Assembly (NCBI GenBank): GCA_047601445.1
Contig: JASGJH010000001.1
Location: 7,520,001 to 7,584,000, forward strand
DNA length: 64,000 nt
Reading direction: 5' to 3'
Source: Myxococcales bacterium
GTDB taxonomy: Bacteria > Myxococcota_A > Polyangia > Polyangiales > DASUME01
Position numbers and translations under genes: made by a program. The notes under the pieces were generated by a model. The model made no database searches. It was given only the letters and a program-made list of their open reading frames with translations, and was not told the DNA's origin. Below are positions 20,588 to 29,837 of this stretch, one piece after another (the stretch's first letter is position 1; the number at the start of each line of letters is the position of its first letter).

Positions 20588-22066
20588 CTAGATACTCACC
20601 CAGCCCTTGCTCAGCGCAATCAACGCAAAGACGGCTCCACTGGCCAGCACGGCGAACAGCGCTCCTTCCTTGGCGGAGAAGACCTTGTGTCCGTGCTCTG
20701 TGCGTGACCTCCAGAACAGCACCGTGCCAGGCCCATAAATCAGGCACGAAACGAGGAGGTACTTGGGCCCTGCTGCGTACAACAGAAAGGCCGTGTACAG
20801 GGTGGCGAGGGCCGCGATCAGCAAGCCCGTGCGTTCGGTGGTGCGTCCCAGCTTGCGCTCCTTCCTGCTCGCTAGCGCTAGCTTGAGCGCGAACGCCGCC
20901 GCCAACAGATAGGGCACGAGCGAGAGGGCGCTGGTCAGCTCCAAGGTGAAGTTGAACGCATCATCCGAGAAGAGAGTGATCAGCAGGAACACCTGGGTGA
21001 GTCCCGAGGTGGCTAGCAGAGCCGTCGAGGGAACCCCGCGCCGATTCGTGCGCGAAAACGCGCGCGGCATGTCTTCGTTCTTGGCCGCCATGTACGCCAC
21101 TTCGGTCGCCATCAGGGTCCACGCGAGATAGGCGCCCAGCACCGAGACGATGAGCCCGGTGCCGATGAAGCCCGCGCCCCACCTCCCGACCACAGCCTCG
21201 AGGACTCCGCCCATGGAGGGCTGCCGTAGCTCGCCGAGCGCCTCCCGCGAGAGCACGCCGTAGGAGAGAAGGGTCACCGAGGCGAACAGCGCCAGCACGC
21301 CCACGAAGCCGAGCACCGTGGCCCGTCCGACGTCCTCGCGCCGCTTGGCGTAACGCGAGTACACGCTCGCTCCCTCCACCCCAATGAACACGAACACCGT
21401 GGCGAGCATCGTGGCCTTGATCTGACCGTATAACGCGCCCACGGAGCGCTCGCCGCCACCCCACAGGTTCGCGCTGAACTGACCGCGCTGGACCGCGAAT
21501 GCCACGAGCGCGATGAAGGCCAGGATCGGAATGATCTTGGCTGCAGTGACGACCTGATTGATCCCGGCAGCTTCTTTCACGCCGCGCAGGATCATGATGT
21601 GGAAGGCCCAGATGCCCACGGACGAGATGGCCACCGCGATCAGGGTGTTTCCCTCGCCGAATTTCGGCAGTACGGCACCCAAGGTGGACTTGATCAAGAC
21701 CCAGTAGGTGACGTTGCCCACGCAGGCGCTGGCCCAGAACCCGAAGGCGGACATGAAGCCCAGATAGTGTCCGAAGCCCTCCTTGGCGTAGGCGTAGATG
21801 CCCGCGTCGAGATCGGGACGGCGCACGGCCAGGGACTGGAACACGAAGGCGAGCATCAGCATGCCGAAGCCTGCGATAGTCCAGGCGATCAGCGCGCCGA
21901 AGACGCCCGTGGCCTGGGCGAAGTTTCGCGGTAACGAGAACACGCCCGCGCCCACCATCGAGCCAACCACCATGGCGGTCATGGAGAAGATCGAAAGCTT
22001 TTGGGGCGAGCGCGGAGCTTGCGCTTCCGTGGTCGTTGCCCCGTGGTGCGGACTTGCGATGGTCAT
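20588..22066 (-). CDS. arcD: Arginine/ornithine antiporter (APC family); in frame with the upstream NhaC-family gene in this sequence
   Basis: MVVGSMVGAGVFSLP, GIYAYAKEGFG, VFIGVEGASVYS, GAYLAWTL. Has its own GGGAG RBS before the ATG at 22066. Confidence 0.88.
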   Translation of the reverse strand: MTIASPHHGATTTEAQAPRSPQKLSIFSMTAMVVGSMVGAGVFSLPRNFAQATGVFGALIAWTIAGFGMLMLAFVFQSLAVRRPDLDAGIYAYAKEGFGHYLGFMSAFGFWASACVGNVTYWVLIKSTLGAVLPKFGEGNTLIAVAISSVGIWAFHIMILRGVKEAAGINQVVTAAKIIPILAFIALVAFAVQRGQFSANLWGGGERSVGALYGQIKATMLATVFVFIGVEGASVYSRYAKRREDVGRATVLGFVGVLALFASVTLLSYGVLSREALGELRQPSMGGVLEAVVGRWGAGFIGTGLIVSVLGAYLAWTLMATEVAYMAAKNEDMPRAFSRTNRRGVPSTALLATSGLTQVFLLITLFSDDAFNFTLELTSALSLVPYLLAAAFALKLALASRKERKLGRTTERTGLLIAALATLYTAFLLYAAGPKYLLVSCLIYGPGTVLFWRSRTEHGHKVFSAKEGALFAVLASGAVFALIALSKGWVSI

Positions 22067-23614
22067 ACGGACACTCCCACGGACTTGAGCGGCGGCGCTG
22101 GCGGCGCCGTTCTCTCGAATCTTGAACCCGGTGACCCCATACAAGACGCTGAGGGCCGGACTGAAGATGTTGAAGAACGCGAAGGGCAGATAGGCGAGGG
22201 TCGGAACGCCCAAGACCGCGGCCATGAATGCACCGCAGGAGTTCCACGGGACCAGGGGCGAGGTTACGGTTCCGGAGTCCGCCGCCAGCCGCGACAGGTT
22301 CGTGGCAGCGAGGCCGCGCTTCTCGAACTCGAGCCGGAACACGCGCGCCGGGAGCACGAGGGCGATGTATTGGTCGCCCGCGATGATGTTCAAGCCGAAC
22401 GCATTGGCGAACACCGTGAAGTACAGACGGCCGGTGCTCTTGGCCGAACGGACCATGGGGTCGACCAGGCGCTTGATCATGCCGAAGTCCTCCAGCAAGG
22501 TGCCAAAGGTTACGGCGCCAATGATCAGCCATAGGGTGAGCATCATGCTGTCCATCCCGCCGCGCGTGAGCAGGCGGTCGATGTCGGCATAGCCGGACTT
22601 GATCTCGAAGCCGGTGGCCATGGATTGCCAGATGGCCGCCAGCGCGGTGTGAACCGAGCCGTACTCGGCTTCGCCGACGAAGTTCCGCACCACCTCGGGT
22701 TGCGTGAAGGGCGCCATCAGGCCCGCGAAGAGCGCCGCGGTCATCAGGCTCAAGGCTGCCGGAATCTTACGGATCGACATCACGGCGAGCAGAATCAGCG
22801 GCAGCAGGTTGATCAGCGAGAGATTGTAGATCTGGTCCAGCGACTTCAGCTCGATGCCGGTGTCCAGGGCCTTTTCGGTAGGTGCGCTGAAGCGAGCGAG
22901 CAAGAAGAACCCGAGCAGCGCCAACACGAAGGCCGGAACCGAGGTCCACGCTTGGCGCTTGATGTGCTCGTAGACGTCCACCTTGACCATCTGCGCGGTC
23001 AGGATGGTGGTCTCCGACAGCGGGGACAGCTTGTCTCCGAGATAGGCACCGGAGATCACGGCGCCCGCGGTGATGGCAGGTGACACCCCCAGCATGGTCG
23101 CGATGCCAACCAGGCCCACGCCGATGGTGCCAGCCGTGGTCCAGGAGCTTCCGATCGACATCGCGATGATGCCGCAGATCATCGCGCAGGCCGGGTAATA
23201 CCAGGCCGGCGAGAGTAGCTGCAGGCCATAGTAGACCATGGTCGGGATCGTGCCGGCCAGACACCAGGAGCCGATCAGGGCGCCGACCGCCAACAGGATG
23301 AACACTGCGCTGGTGATGGAGGAGAGCGCGCGTTGACCCGAGGCCTCGACCTTCTCCCACGGGTGTCCGTTCTTCATGATCACCACGCCGGTGACCAGCG
23401 AACACACCACCAGCGCCGCCTGCACCGGTCCGTCGAGCGCGTCGAGGCCGAACAGCAAGATGCCCCCGCCGATCATGATGACCAGCAGGAACATGGGAAA
23501 GAGGGAGTCGAACAAGCTCGGCTCGCGAATCGGTCGGGCAGGCTTGCCCGAGTCCAGCTCCGCGTCGCCTTCTGGATCCATGCCCTCCGGACCGGGTTTG
23601 CCTAGGTCACTCAT
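22067..23614 (-). CDS. nhaC: NhaC-family antiporter (Na+/H+ or amino-acid/amine); no in-frame stop before arcD
   Basis: GSSWTTAGTIGV, GAVISGAYLGDKLSPLSETT, RGGMDSM, DSGTVTSPLVPWNSCG. Confidence 0.85.
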
Positions 23615-23649
23615 AGAACCTCCGAACGTGATGATCGTGAAAGGTCGTC

Positions 23650-24918
23650 TCAGGCGTCACGCAGCAACGGGCAGGTCATGCAGTGGCCGCCGCCGCGACC
23701 CTTGCCGACCTCGAAGCCGTGGATCTCGATGACCTCCACGCCGGCTTCCCGGTACTTTTGATTGCTGTAGATGTTCTTCGAGTAGGCCACGACGACACCG
23801 GGCGAGATCGCCACCAGGTTGTTGCCGCTGTCCCACTGCTCGCGCTCTTGCTGAGCTTCGTCGCCGCCGGTGGTGACCACCTGCAGGTCCTTTTCCTTGA
23901 TGCCGATCGAGTCGGCCACCGCGGCCAGGAAGCTCGGTTCGGGACGCACGTCGAGCACGGCGCCGTTGCCGGGGCGCAGGCTATAGGCCTTGGTCGTCTC
24001 GATCACCTTGGGGTAGACGGTCACCTTGTCGCGGTCCATGAAGGTGAACACCACGTCGAGGTGCATGTAGGAGCGTTTCTTCTCGAGCTCGACGGCGATC
24101 ACGCGCTGCGCCGCTTCCTTCTCGAACAAGCGGGTGGCCAGGAGCTCGACCATTTGGGACGTGGTTCGCTCACTCACGCCCACTAGAATCGTGCCGTTTC
24201 CGACCGGCATCACGTCGCCGCCCTCGAGCGCCGAGCGTCCGAAGTCCTGGATGTCGAACTCGTCGTGCTCCTCGGCGTGGCCCTTGTCCGGGTACCAGAA
24301 CTGGAAGTCGGCATCGCGGAACATCGGATGAAAGCGGTAGATGACCCCGACGTTGACCGTCTCCAGTTGACGCGAGGGGTAGTGCATCGGGTTGAGCGAG
24401 ACCCCGTCGTAGAGCCAGCAGGAGGAGTCCCGCGTGAAGAGATGGTTTGGGAGCGGGGGGAGAATGAAGGCCGCGTCGCCGGTGGTGGAGGCCGTCAGCG
24501 AGTGCAACTCTAGATCGCGATCGGTGTGCTCCATCAGCTCCGCGCGCGTCACCCCTCCGATCAGATGTTTCGCCAGGTCTTCCGGGCTCATCGCGAATAG
24601 GGCCGCGCGTACAGCCTCGACCGCGGCGGGCCCGACCGTATAGGGGCTGACCGTGTGCTCGATGGCCCACTCCTTGGCGCCCGGGGTGGCGAGCGCCTGC
24701 GCAAGCAGCTCTTGCACGTAGAAGACCTCGACGCCGCGGCTACGGAACTCCTGGGCGAATTGATCGTGCTCTCGCTGGGCCTGCTCGACCCACAGCACGT
24801 CATCGAAGAGCAACTCGTCTCGATTGGATGGCGTGAGGCGCTTCAAGCTGAGGTCCGGTCGATGGACCATCACTTTGCGAAGCTTTCCGACCTCGGAATG
24901 GACACCAAAGGCTTGCAT
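23650..24918 (-). CDS. arcA: Arginine deiminase
   Basis: GVHSEVGKLRKVMVHRP, LLFDDV, PNHLFTRD, LEGGD, MHLD, GRGGGHCMTCPL. AGGAGG RBS before the ATG at 24918. Confidence 0.95.
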   Translation of the reverse strand: MQAFGVHSEVGKLRKVMVHRPDLSLKRLTPSNRDELLFDDVLWVEQAQREHDQFAQEFRSRGVEVFYVQELLAQALATPGAKEWAIEHTVSPYTVGPAAVEAVRAALFAMSPEDLAKHLIGGVTRAELMEHTDRDLELHSLTASTTGDAAFILPPLPNHLFTRDSSCWLYDGVSLNPMHYPSRQLETVNVGVIYRFHPMFRDADFQFWYPDKGHAEEHDEFDIQDFGRSALEGGDVMPVGNGTILVGVSERTTSQMVELLATRLFEKEAAQRVIAVELEKKRSYMHLDVVFTFMDRDKVTVYPKVIETTKAYSLRPGNGAVLDVRPEPSFLAAVADSIGIKEKDLQVVTTGGDEAQQEREQWDSGNNLVAISPGVVVAYSKNIYSNQKYREAGVEVIEIHGFEVGKGRGGGHCMTCPLLRDA

Positions 24919-25016
24919 TTGACGGCTCCTCCTAGAGCGCGATGGGCTCAACTCACGTTGTTCCTCGGTTGCGCTCTCCGCAAGGGAGCGCCTGAGGGGC
25001 GCCGCTCGAAGAGATG

Positions 25017-25170
25017 CGAGGACGTGCAGGAGTACGTGGACGTGCAGGAGTACGAGGGCGTGCGCGAAGGCGAAGCAGGTGCTTGTGCGAGCGCGAGGCC
25101 GTGCAGGTTACCCGAGCACGCCCGCATGCTCGAGTCGACAAGCCTTCACGTCCGCGTGCACGCGCACGCT
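25017..25170. repeat. Intergenic 18-bp tandem repeat with a partly complementary hexamer-periodic arm
   Basis: GGACGTGCAGGAGTACG occurs twice at 18-bp period plus one degenerate copy (25020-25073). CACGTCCGCGTGCACGCGCACGCTC lies at about 25147-25171. Confidence 0.6.
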
Positions 25171-26231
25171 CATGGAGCGCGCTTACGCTGGCCGGTCGCT
25201 TTGCGAGTCTCGGTCGAGGCCGCGCGGCGGCGCGCTGCTTCCTTGCGTTCTCGGTACACCGAGGGCGGCACGTCTTCCCAGCGCTTGAAGGCGCGGCGAA
25301 AGTTCGCCAGGTCCGTGTAGCCCAGGCGATAGGCGATCTCATCCATGTTGAAGTGGCCGGAGCTCACGTGCTCGACGGCCAGCGTGTGACGCACCGACTC
25401 GAGCTGCGCGCGGTAGGACGTGCCCTCGTCGACCAACCTGCGATGCAGCGTGCGCGGCGTCACGTGCAGCATGCGCGCCGCGACCGTCAACGAAGGAAAG
25501 CGGTGCTGCTTCTCCAGGAGCAAGCGGCGCACGCGCGCCCCGAGCGTTTCGTTCTCGGTGAGCTGTTCGAGCTCACGCTGACAGATCAAGGCCGCTTCCT
25601 GGAAGGCCGCGGGGTCAGCGAGCTTCAGCGGAGCGTCCAAGACCTCGCGCGCCGCCGAGAAGCCCGCCCAGTCTTGCCCGTAGGTCACCTTGCAACCGAA
25701 CATCTCGCGCGCGAGGGGCGCGTACTCCGGGGCCGGGAAGGGGAAGGCCACCTCGTGCACCTGACAGGCTCCCATGGTGGCGGCGTCGAGCACGTTCTTG
25801 ATGCTGAGCACCACCGCCTCGAGCAACGGACGCTGGATGGGCCCGAGCGGCAGCACTTCGTCGAAGCGCACGCGCGCCATGCTGTCCTCGATCTCGTGTG
25901 AGATTGCAAACAGCGAGATGCGCAGGCGTGAGAAGCGCTCCACGATCTCGAGGGCCCCTTTGACCGTGCTGCTGTTGATGGCGGCAAAGCCGACCATGCC
26001 GTGGGTGGTGGCCACCAGGCGCTCCCCCACGAACAGTCCGAGCGCCGGCTCCCGGGAGCTTTCGAGCGCGTCGAGCACGAGGCCGCGGAAGGTCGGATAG
26101 GGCAAAAGGTGGGCGGGCTCGCGAGCGAGGCCGTTGCGATGCAGCCATTCTTCGACGTTTACGCCGCTGCTGCGCAGCTGGTCCGCGATGGGCCGCACGT
26201 ACTCGACGGGAACCGTGAAATCCTCGTGCAT
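25170..26231 (-). CDS. AraC-family transcriptional regulator
   Basis: HGMVGFAAINS N-terminal domain. C-terminal RTLHRRL..EGTSY and EIAYRLGYTDLANFRRAFKRW. Confidence 0.93.
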   Translation of the reverse strand: MHEDFTVPVEYVRPIADQLRSSGVNVEEWLHRNGLAREPAHLLPYPTFRGLVLDALESSREPALGLFVGERLVATTHGMVGFAAINSSTVKGALEIVERFSRLRISLFAISHEIEDSMARVRFDEVLPLGPIQRPLLEAVVLSIKNVLDAATMGACQVHEVAFPFPAPEYAPLAREMFGCKVTYGQDWAGFSAAREVLDAPLKLADPAAFQEAALICQRELEQLTENETLGARVRRLLLEKQHRFPSLTVAARMLHVTPRTLHRRLVDEGTSYRAQLESVRHTLAVEHVSSGHFNMDEIAYRLGYTDLANFRRAFKRWEDVPPSVYRERKEAARRRAASTETRKATGQRKRAP

Positions 26232-26257
26232 GGGGCGACCTCACCGCCTCGAACGAT

Positions 26258-26293
26258 TGTCCATAAATGACCCCTGCCTGTCAATAAATGACC
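26258..26293. promoter_or_regulatory. Tandem AraC-type operator half-sites
   Basis: TGTCCATAAATGACC (26258-26272) and TGTCAATAAATGACC (26279-26293): 14/15 identical, 21-bp period, between the divergent AraC gene and its presumed target. Confidence 0.75.
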
Positions 26294-26361
26294 TCCTCGC
26301 GCTGCTCACGCTTCCTTACAAAGGTCGTCGACCCACACGCAGGCGGGTTCAGGAGTACGTC

Positions 26362-28611
26362 ATGGCGAGCGGCAGTCCCAAGCGTCTGACCACCTTACGG
26401 ATCAATGACCAAACCATCACCGCCGAGCCCAAGCAGACGGTTCTGGAGGCCGCCCTACGCCATGGCATCGACTTCCCCAACAGCTGTCGCGTGGGCGGCT
26501 GCGGTAGCTGCAAATGCAAGCTCACCCGGGGCAAGGTGAAGGAGCTCACGGAGACGGGCTATCTGCTCACGGCCGACGAGCTCGAGCAGGGCTACGTGCT
26601 GGCCTGTCAGAGCATTCCCCAGTCCGACGTGGAGATCCAGGTGGACCTCGAGCACGCCGCGGAGCGCGGCATCGCAGGGCGCATCGTGGCGCAGGAGCAG
26701 GTCTCCCACGACATCATGCAGCTCACGGTGCAGCTCGAGCGCGAGCTGAGCTATCGGGCAGGGCAGTTCGCGAACCTGAGCATCGAGGGGTTACCCGGCG
26801 TGGTCCGCAGTTACTCGTTCGCCTCCCCGGCGCGCCCCGACGGACGCGTCAGCTTCTTCATCCGCAAGGTCCCGGGCGGGCGCTTCTCCAGTCTGGTCAA
26901 CGAGAAGGTCCTGCTCGGCCGCAGCATCCGCGTGGACGGGCCTGCGGGAGATTTTTGGCTGCGTCCCGGGACCGCCCCGCTCTTGCTGGTGGCCGGCGGC
27001 AGCGGTCTCGCGCCTATTCTCGCCATCCTCCAAGAAGCGCTGGCGTCCGGCGTGTCGCGCCCCGTGACTTTGCTGTTCGGCGCCCGCGAGGCCAAGGACC
27101 TGTACGCGTTGAATGAGATCCAGGCCATTGCCCGTGACTGGCGTGGAGTCTTCCGCTTCGTCCCCGTGCTCTCGGCCGCAGAGAACGATGCCAGTTGGGA
27201 CGGCGCGCGCGGGCTCGTGACGGACCACATCCCCGAGTTTCTCGAGCCAGGCACGCACGGCTATCTGTGTGGCCCACCGGCCATGATCGACAACGCCATC
27301 GTGCAGCTTCGCACCTACGGCATGGCGTCCGAGCACATCCACTTCGACCGCTTCACCACCCAGGCCGACGCTGCCTTGGCGAAGACGGCCGACGTCGTGG
27401 CGGAGAGTGTCCCGACCGCGGGATTCACCGACTACCTCAAGTACTTCGCGTTCCATCTGATCGGCTTGCTGGCCACCATCGCCACGGTCGGTGGTGGACG
27501 TTTCGCCTCGGCGGGCCTCTTGGCCGTGGTGGGACTGTACATGCTCGGCGACGCCTACCTCGGTGACGATACCTCCACGCCGCATTTCAAGCGGCCCGGC
27601 GTCCTCACGGTTCAACTGTGGCTGGCCCTGCCGCTGCTCGCGCTCATCGTGTTCGCTGCGGTGTGGACGGTTTCGCCTGGGGACCCGCTCGGCTTCGGCG
27701 CTTGGATTCAGGGCTGGAGCACCTATGATGTGTTCGCGGCCCGAGAGCGCACCCAGAACGGGCACCTGTTCTCCATCTTCGTGCTGGCGGGCTTGATGAT
27801 CGGCATGGTCGGCACCATCACCGCGCACGAGCTCACTCATCGCACCTGGGATCGCGTCTCGATGGTGGTCGGGCGTTGGCTGCTCGCCTTCAGCTTCGAC
27901 ACCAACTTCTCCATCGAGCACGTCTACGGACATCACCGCTACGTCTCCACCATTGAGGACCCGGCCACGGCGCCGCGCGGTCGCAACGTCTACTTCCACG
28001 TCATCGCCTCCACGCTCAAGGGCAACGTCAGCGCCTGGAAGATCGAGGCGGAGCGTCTGCGCAAGAAGAAGCTCGGCTTGTTCTCCTGGCACAACACCGT
28101 GATCCGCGGACAGCTGATGAGCCTCAGCATCGTCGCCGCCGCCTACGCCATGGGCGGCCTGTACGGGGCGCTGTTCTTCGTGTGCTGCGGACTCTGGGGC
28201 AAGGCCTTGCTCGAGATCGTCAACTACATGGAGCACTACGGCATGGTGCGAAACCCGGAGACGCCCGTGCAGCCGCGTCACTCCTGGAACACCAACCGCC
28301 GCATCAGCTCCTGGACGATGTTCAACCTCACGCGGCACTCCCACCACCACGCGCAGGGCGAGGTCCCGTACCACGACCTCAAGCCCTATCCAGACGCGCC
28401 CATGATGATCAATGGCTACCTCACCACCATCGTCGTGGCCATGATCCCGCCCCTCTGGCACAAGCTCATGACGCCCAAGGTGCTCGCCTGGGATCGCGAC
28501 TACGCTACCGCAGAGGAACTCGAGCTCGCTGCGCGCGCCAACGCGAAGAGCGGGATTCCCCAGATGACCCGGCAGGTGTCGTCGCCGGGTACGCCGCGGT
28601 TCGAGCACTGA
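26362..28611 (+). CDS. Fusion of 2Fe-2S ferredoxin, FAD/NAD(P)H reductase and AlkB/XylM-type membrane di-iron monooxygenase
   Basis: CRVGGCGSC...LAC, RSYS, AGGSGLAP, LCGPPAM, then TM helices and His boxes HELTH, EHVYGHH, NYMEHYG, LTRHSHHH. CAGGAG RBS before the ATG at 26362. Confidence 0.93.
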   Translation: MASGSPKRLTTLRINDQTITAEPKQTVLEAALRHGIDFPNSCRVGGCGSCKCKLTRGKVKELTETGYLLTADELEQGYVLACQSIPQSDVEIQVDLEHAAERGIAGRIVAQEQVSHDIMQLTVQLERELSYRAGQFANLSIEGLPGVVRSYSFASPARPDGRVSFFIRKVPGGRFSSLVNEKVLLGRSIRVDGPAGDFWLRPGTAPLLLVAGGSGLAPILAILQEALASGVSRPVTLLFGAREAKDLYALNEIQAIARDWRGVFRFVPVLSAAENDASWDGARGLVTDHIPEFLEPGTHGYLCGPPAMIDNAIVQLRTYGMASEHIHFDRFTTQADAALAKTADVVAESVPTAGFTDYLKYFAFHLIGLLATIATVGGGRFASAGLLAVVGLYMLGDAYLGDDTSTPHFKRPGVLTVQLWLALPLLALIVFAAVWTVSPGDPLGFGAWIQGWSTYDVFAARERTQNGHLFSIFVLAGLMIGMVGTITAHELTHRTWDRVSMVVGRWLLAFSFDTNFSIEHVYGHHRYVSTIEDPATAPRGRNVYFHVIASTLKGNVSAWKIEAERLRKKKLGLFSWHNTVIRGQLMSLSIVAAAYAMGGLYGALFFVCCGLWGKALLEIVNYMEHYGMVRNPETPVQPRHSWNTNRRISSWTMFNLTRHSHHHAQGEVPYHDLKPYPDAPMMINGYLTTIVVAMIPPLWHKLMTPKVLAWDRDYATAEELELAARANAKSGIPQMTRQVSSPGTPRFEH

Positions 28612-28662
28612 GCCGAGGAGGCCAGGTAGGCGCAAATTCTTCGCCTCCGCGCAGAATTTGCT

Positions 28663-29124
28663 CTAGCGGTCTGCCGCGGAATCCGCGGTTTCCCGTGCGC
28701 GCAGGGCGGCCTTCTTGATGACGAGCAGCGGCACCGGGGCATGGCGCATGACCTCGAAGGCCACACTGCTCGAAGTCCAGCGATTGAAGCCGTGGCGGCT
28801 GTTGGTGCCCATGACGATGAGGTCCGCGTGGATCTCTTGGGCCACGCGCACGATCGTCTCCGCCGGATCGCCGAACTGGATGAAGGCACGATTTATGCGA
28901 CCGCTCGGCTCCAAGCGCTTCTCGAGCTCGGCCATCTCCCTGCGTAGCTCGTCGGTCTCTCGATTGACTGGTGGCACGCCGCCGACGGGCGTGTAGACGC
29001 TCACCACGCTGAGTTTCCCGTCGAATAGCTCTGCCAATTCGAGCGCATGGTCCACGACGCCGCGGCCAAGCACGCTGAAGTCGGTGGCAGCCAAGAGGTT
29101 CTTGGCGATCTGCATAGCTTCCAT
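28663..29124 (-). CDS. Universal stress protein
   Basis: LLAATDFS, GDPAETIVRVA, ADLIVMGT, SVAFEVMRHAPVPLLVI. Start at 29124 or 29115. Confidence 0.88.
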   Translation of the reverse strand: MEAMQIAKNLLAATDFSVLGRGVVDHALELAELFDGKLSVVSVYTPVGGVPPVNRETDELRREMAELEKRLEPSGRINRAFIQFGDPAETIVRVAQEIHADLIVMGTNSRHGFNRWTSSSVAFEVMRHAPVPLLVIKKAALRARETADSAADR

Positions 29125-29160
29125 CCTCGGCCGGCGCGTCGTGGCCAGCATCCGGGCCGT

Positions 29161-29176
29161 TGCAAGGGACGGGCCG
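29161..29176 (-). promoter_or_regulatory. Putative sigma-54 promoter of the leftward USP gene
   Basis: Minus strand CGGCCCGTCCCTTGCA = GG-N10-GC with TTGCA. Confidence 0.5.
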
Positions 29177-29201
29177 GGAGACGAGGCGTGGCCCTCAATG
29201 C

Positions 29202-29217
29202 TGGTTTGAAGATTGCT
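29202..29217 (+). promoter_or_regulatory. Putative sigma-54 promoter of the rightward USP gene
   Basis: TGGTTTGAAGATTGCT = GG-N10-GC with TTGCT, 42 bp before the ATG at 29260. Confidence 0.5.
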
Positions 29218-29259
29218 ATGGCTGGATCGACCGGCGTGCGTCGACCAGAGGACCGACCC

Positions 29260-29682
29260 ATGAGATACCGAACCATCCTGCTTGCGCTCGACATGGACGC
29301 GAAGAACGCGTCCGTGATCGACTACGCGTTCGCCTTTGCCGAGAAGGCAGGCGCCACGTTGCACACGCTGCATGCGTGTCCGGTGGGCGTGGCCCCGGGG
29401 GGCGCTGAGAGCCGCTACTACGCCGACCTGCGTGAGCGCGCGAAACAGGAAATGGAGCAGGCGCTCGCCCTTCACCGCGGCTCGCCGAGCCGGGGCAAGA
29501 GCTTCCTCGACCTGAACGAGCCGATTACGGCGATCGTCAACACTGCAGCGAAGCTTGGTGCCGACCTCGTCATCCTCAGCACGCACGGGAGGCAGGGACT
29601 CGAGCGCGTCGTCGTGGGGAGTGTCGCGGAAGGCGTGCTCGACGAGGTTCAAGTTCCCGTGCTTGTCATGCGATCGTCCTGA
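29260..29682 (+). CDS. Universal stress protein
   Basis: YRTILLALD, GADLVILSTHGRQGLERVVVGSVAEGV...VPVLV. GAGG RBS. Confidence 0.92.
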   Translation: MRYRTILLALDMDAKNASVIDYAFAFAEKAGATLHTLHACPVGVAPGGAESRYYADLRERAKQEMEQALALHRGSPSRGKSFLDLNEPITAIVNTAAKLGADLVILSTHGRQGLERVVVGSVAEGVLDEVQVPVLVMRSS

Positions 29683-29837
29683 CGGTTGCCAGGCACCTTG
29701 CAGGGGCCGATGTGTGCCGTCTGGCCCAACCTGGTCGATTCGGCTCAAACCGTGTGGAGCGGAGAGCATTCACGGTTTTGCTGCGCCGATGCGTTCCCAG
29801 CCTGTGATATCAATCGACTCCTGGCTGGGGGGCGCAC

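Noticed and set aside
25017..25075. Short direct repeats considered as a CRISPR array
   Set aside because: They are tandem 18-bp units without unique spacers, and no cas genes are present in the window.
28663..29769. 368-aa minus-strand ORF as an extended USP
   Set aside because: Only the last ~150 aa are USP-like; the extension is antisense to the second USP gene.
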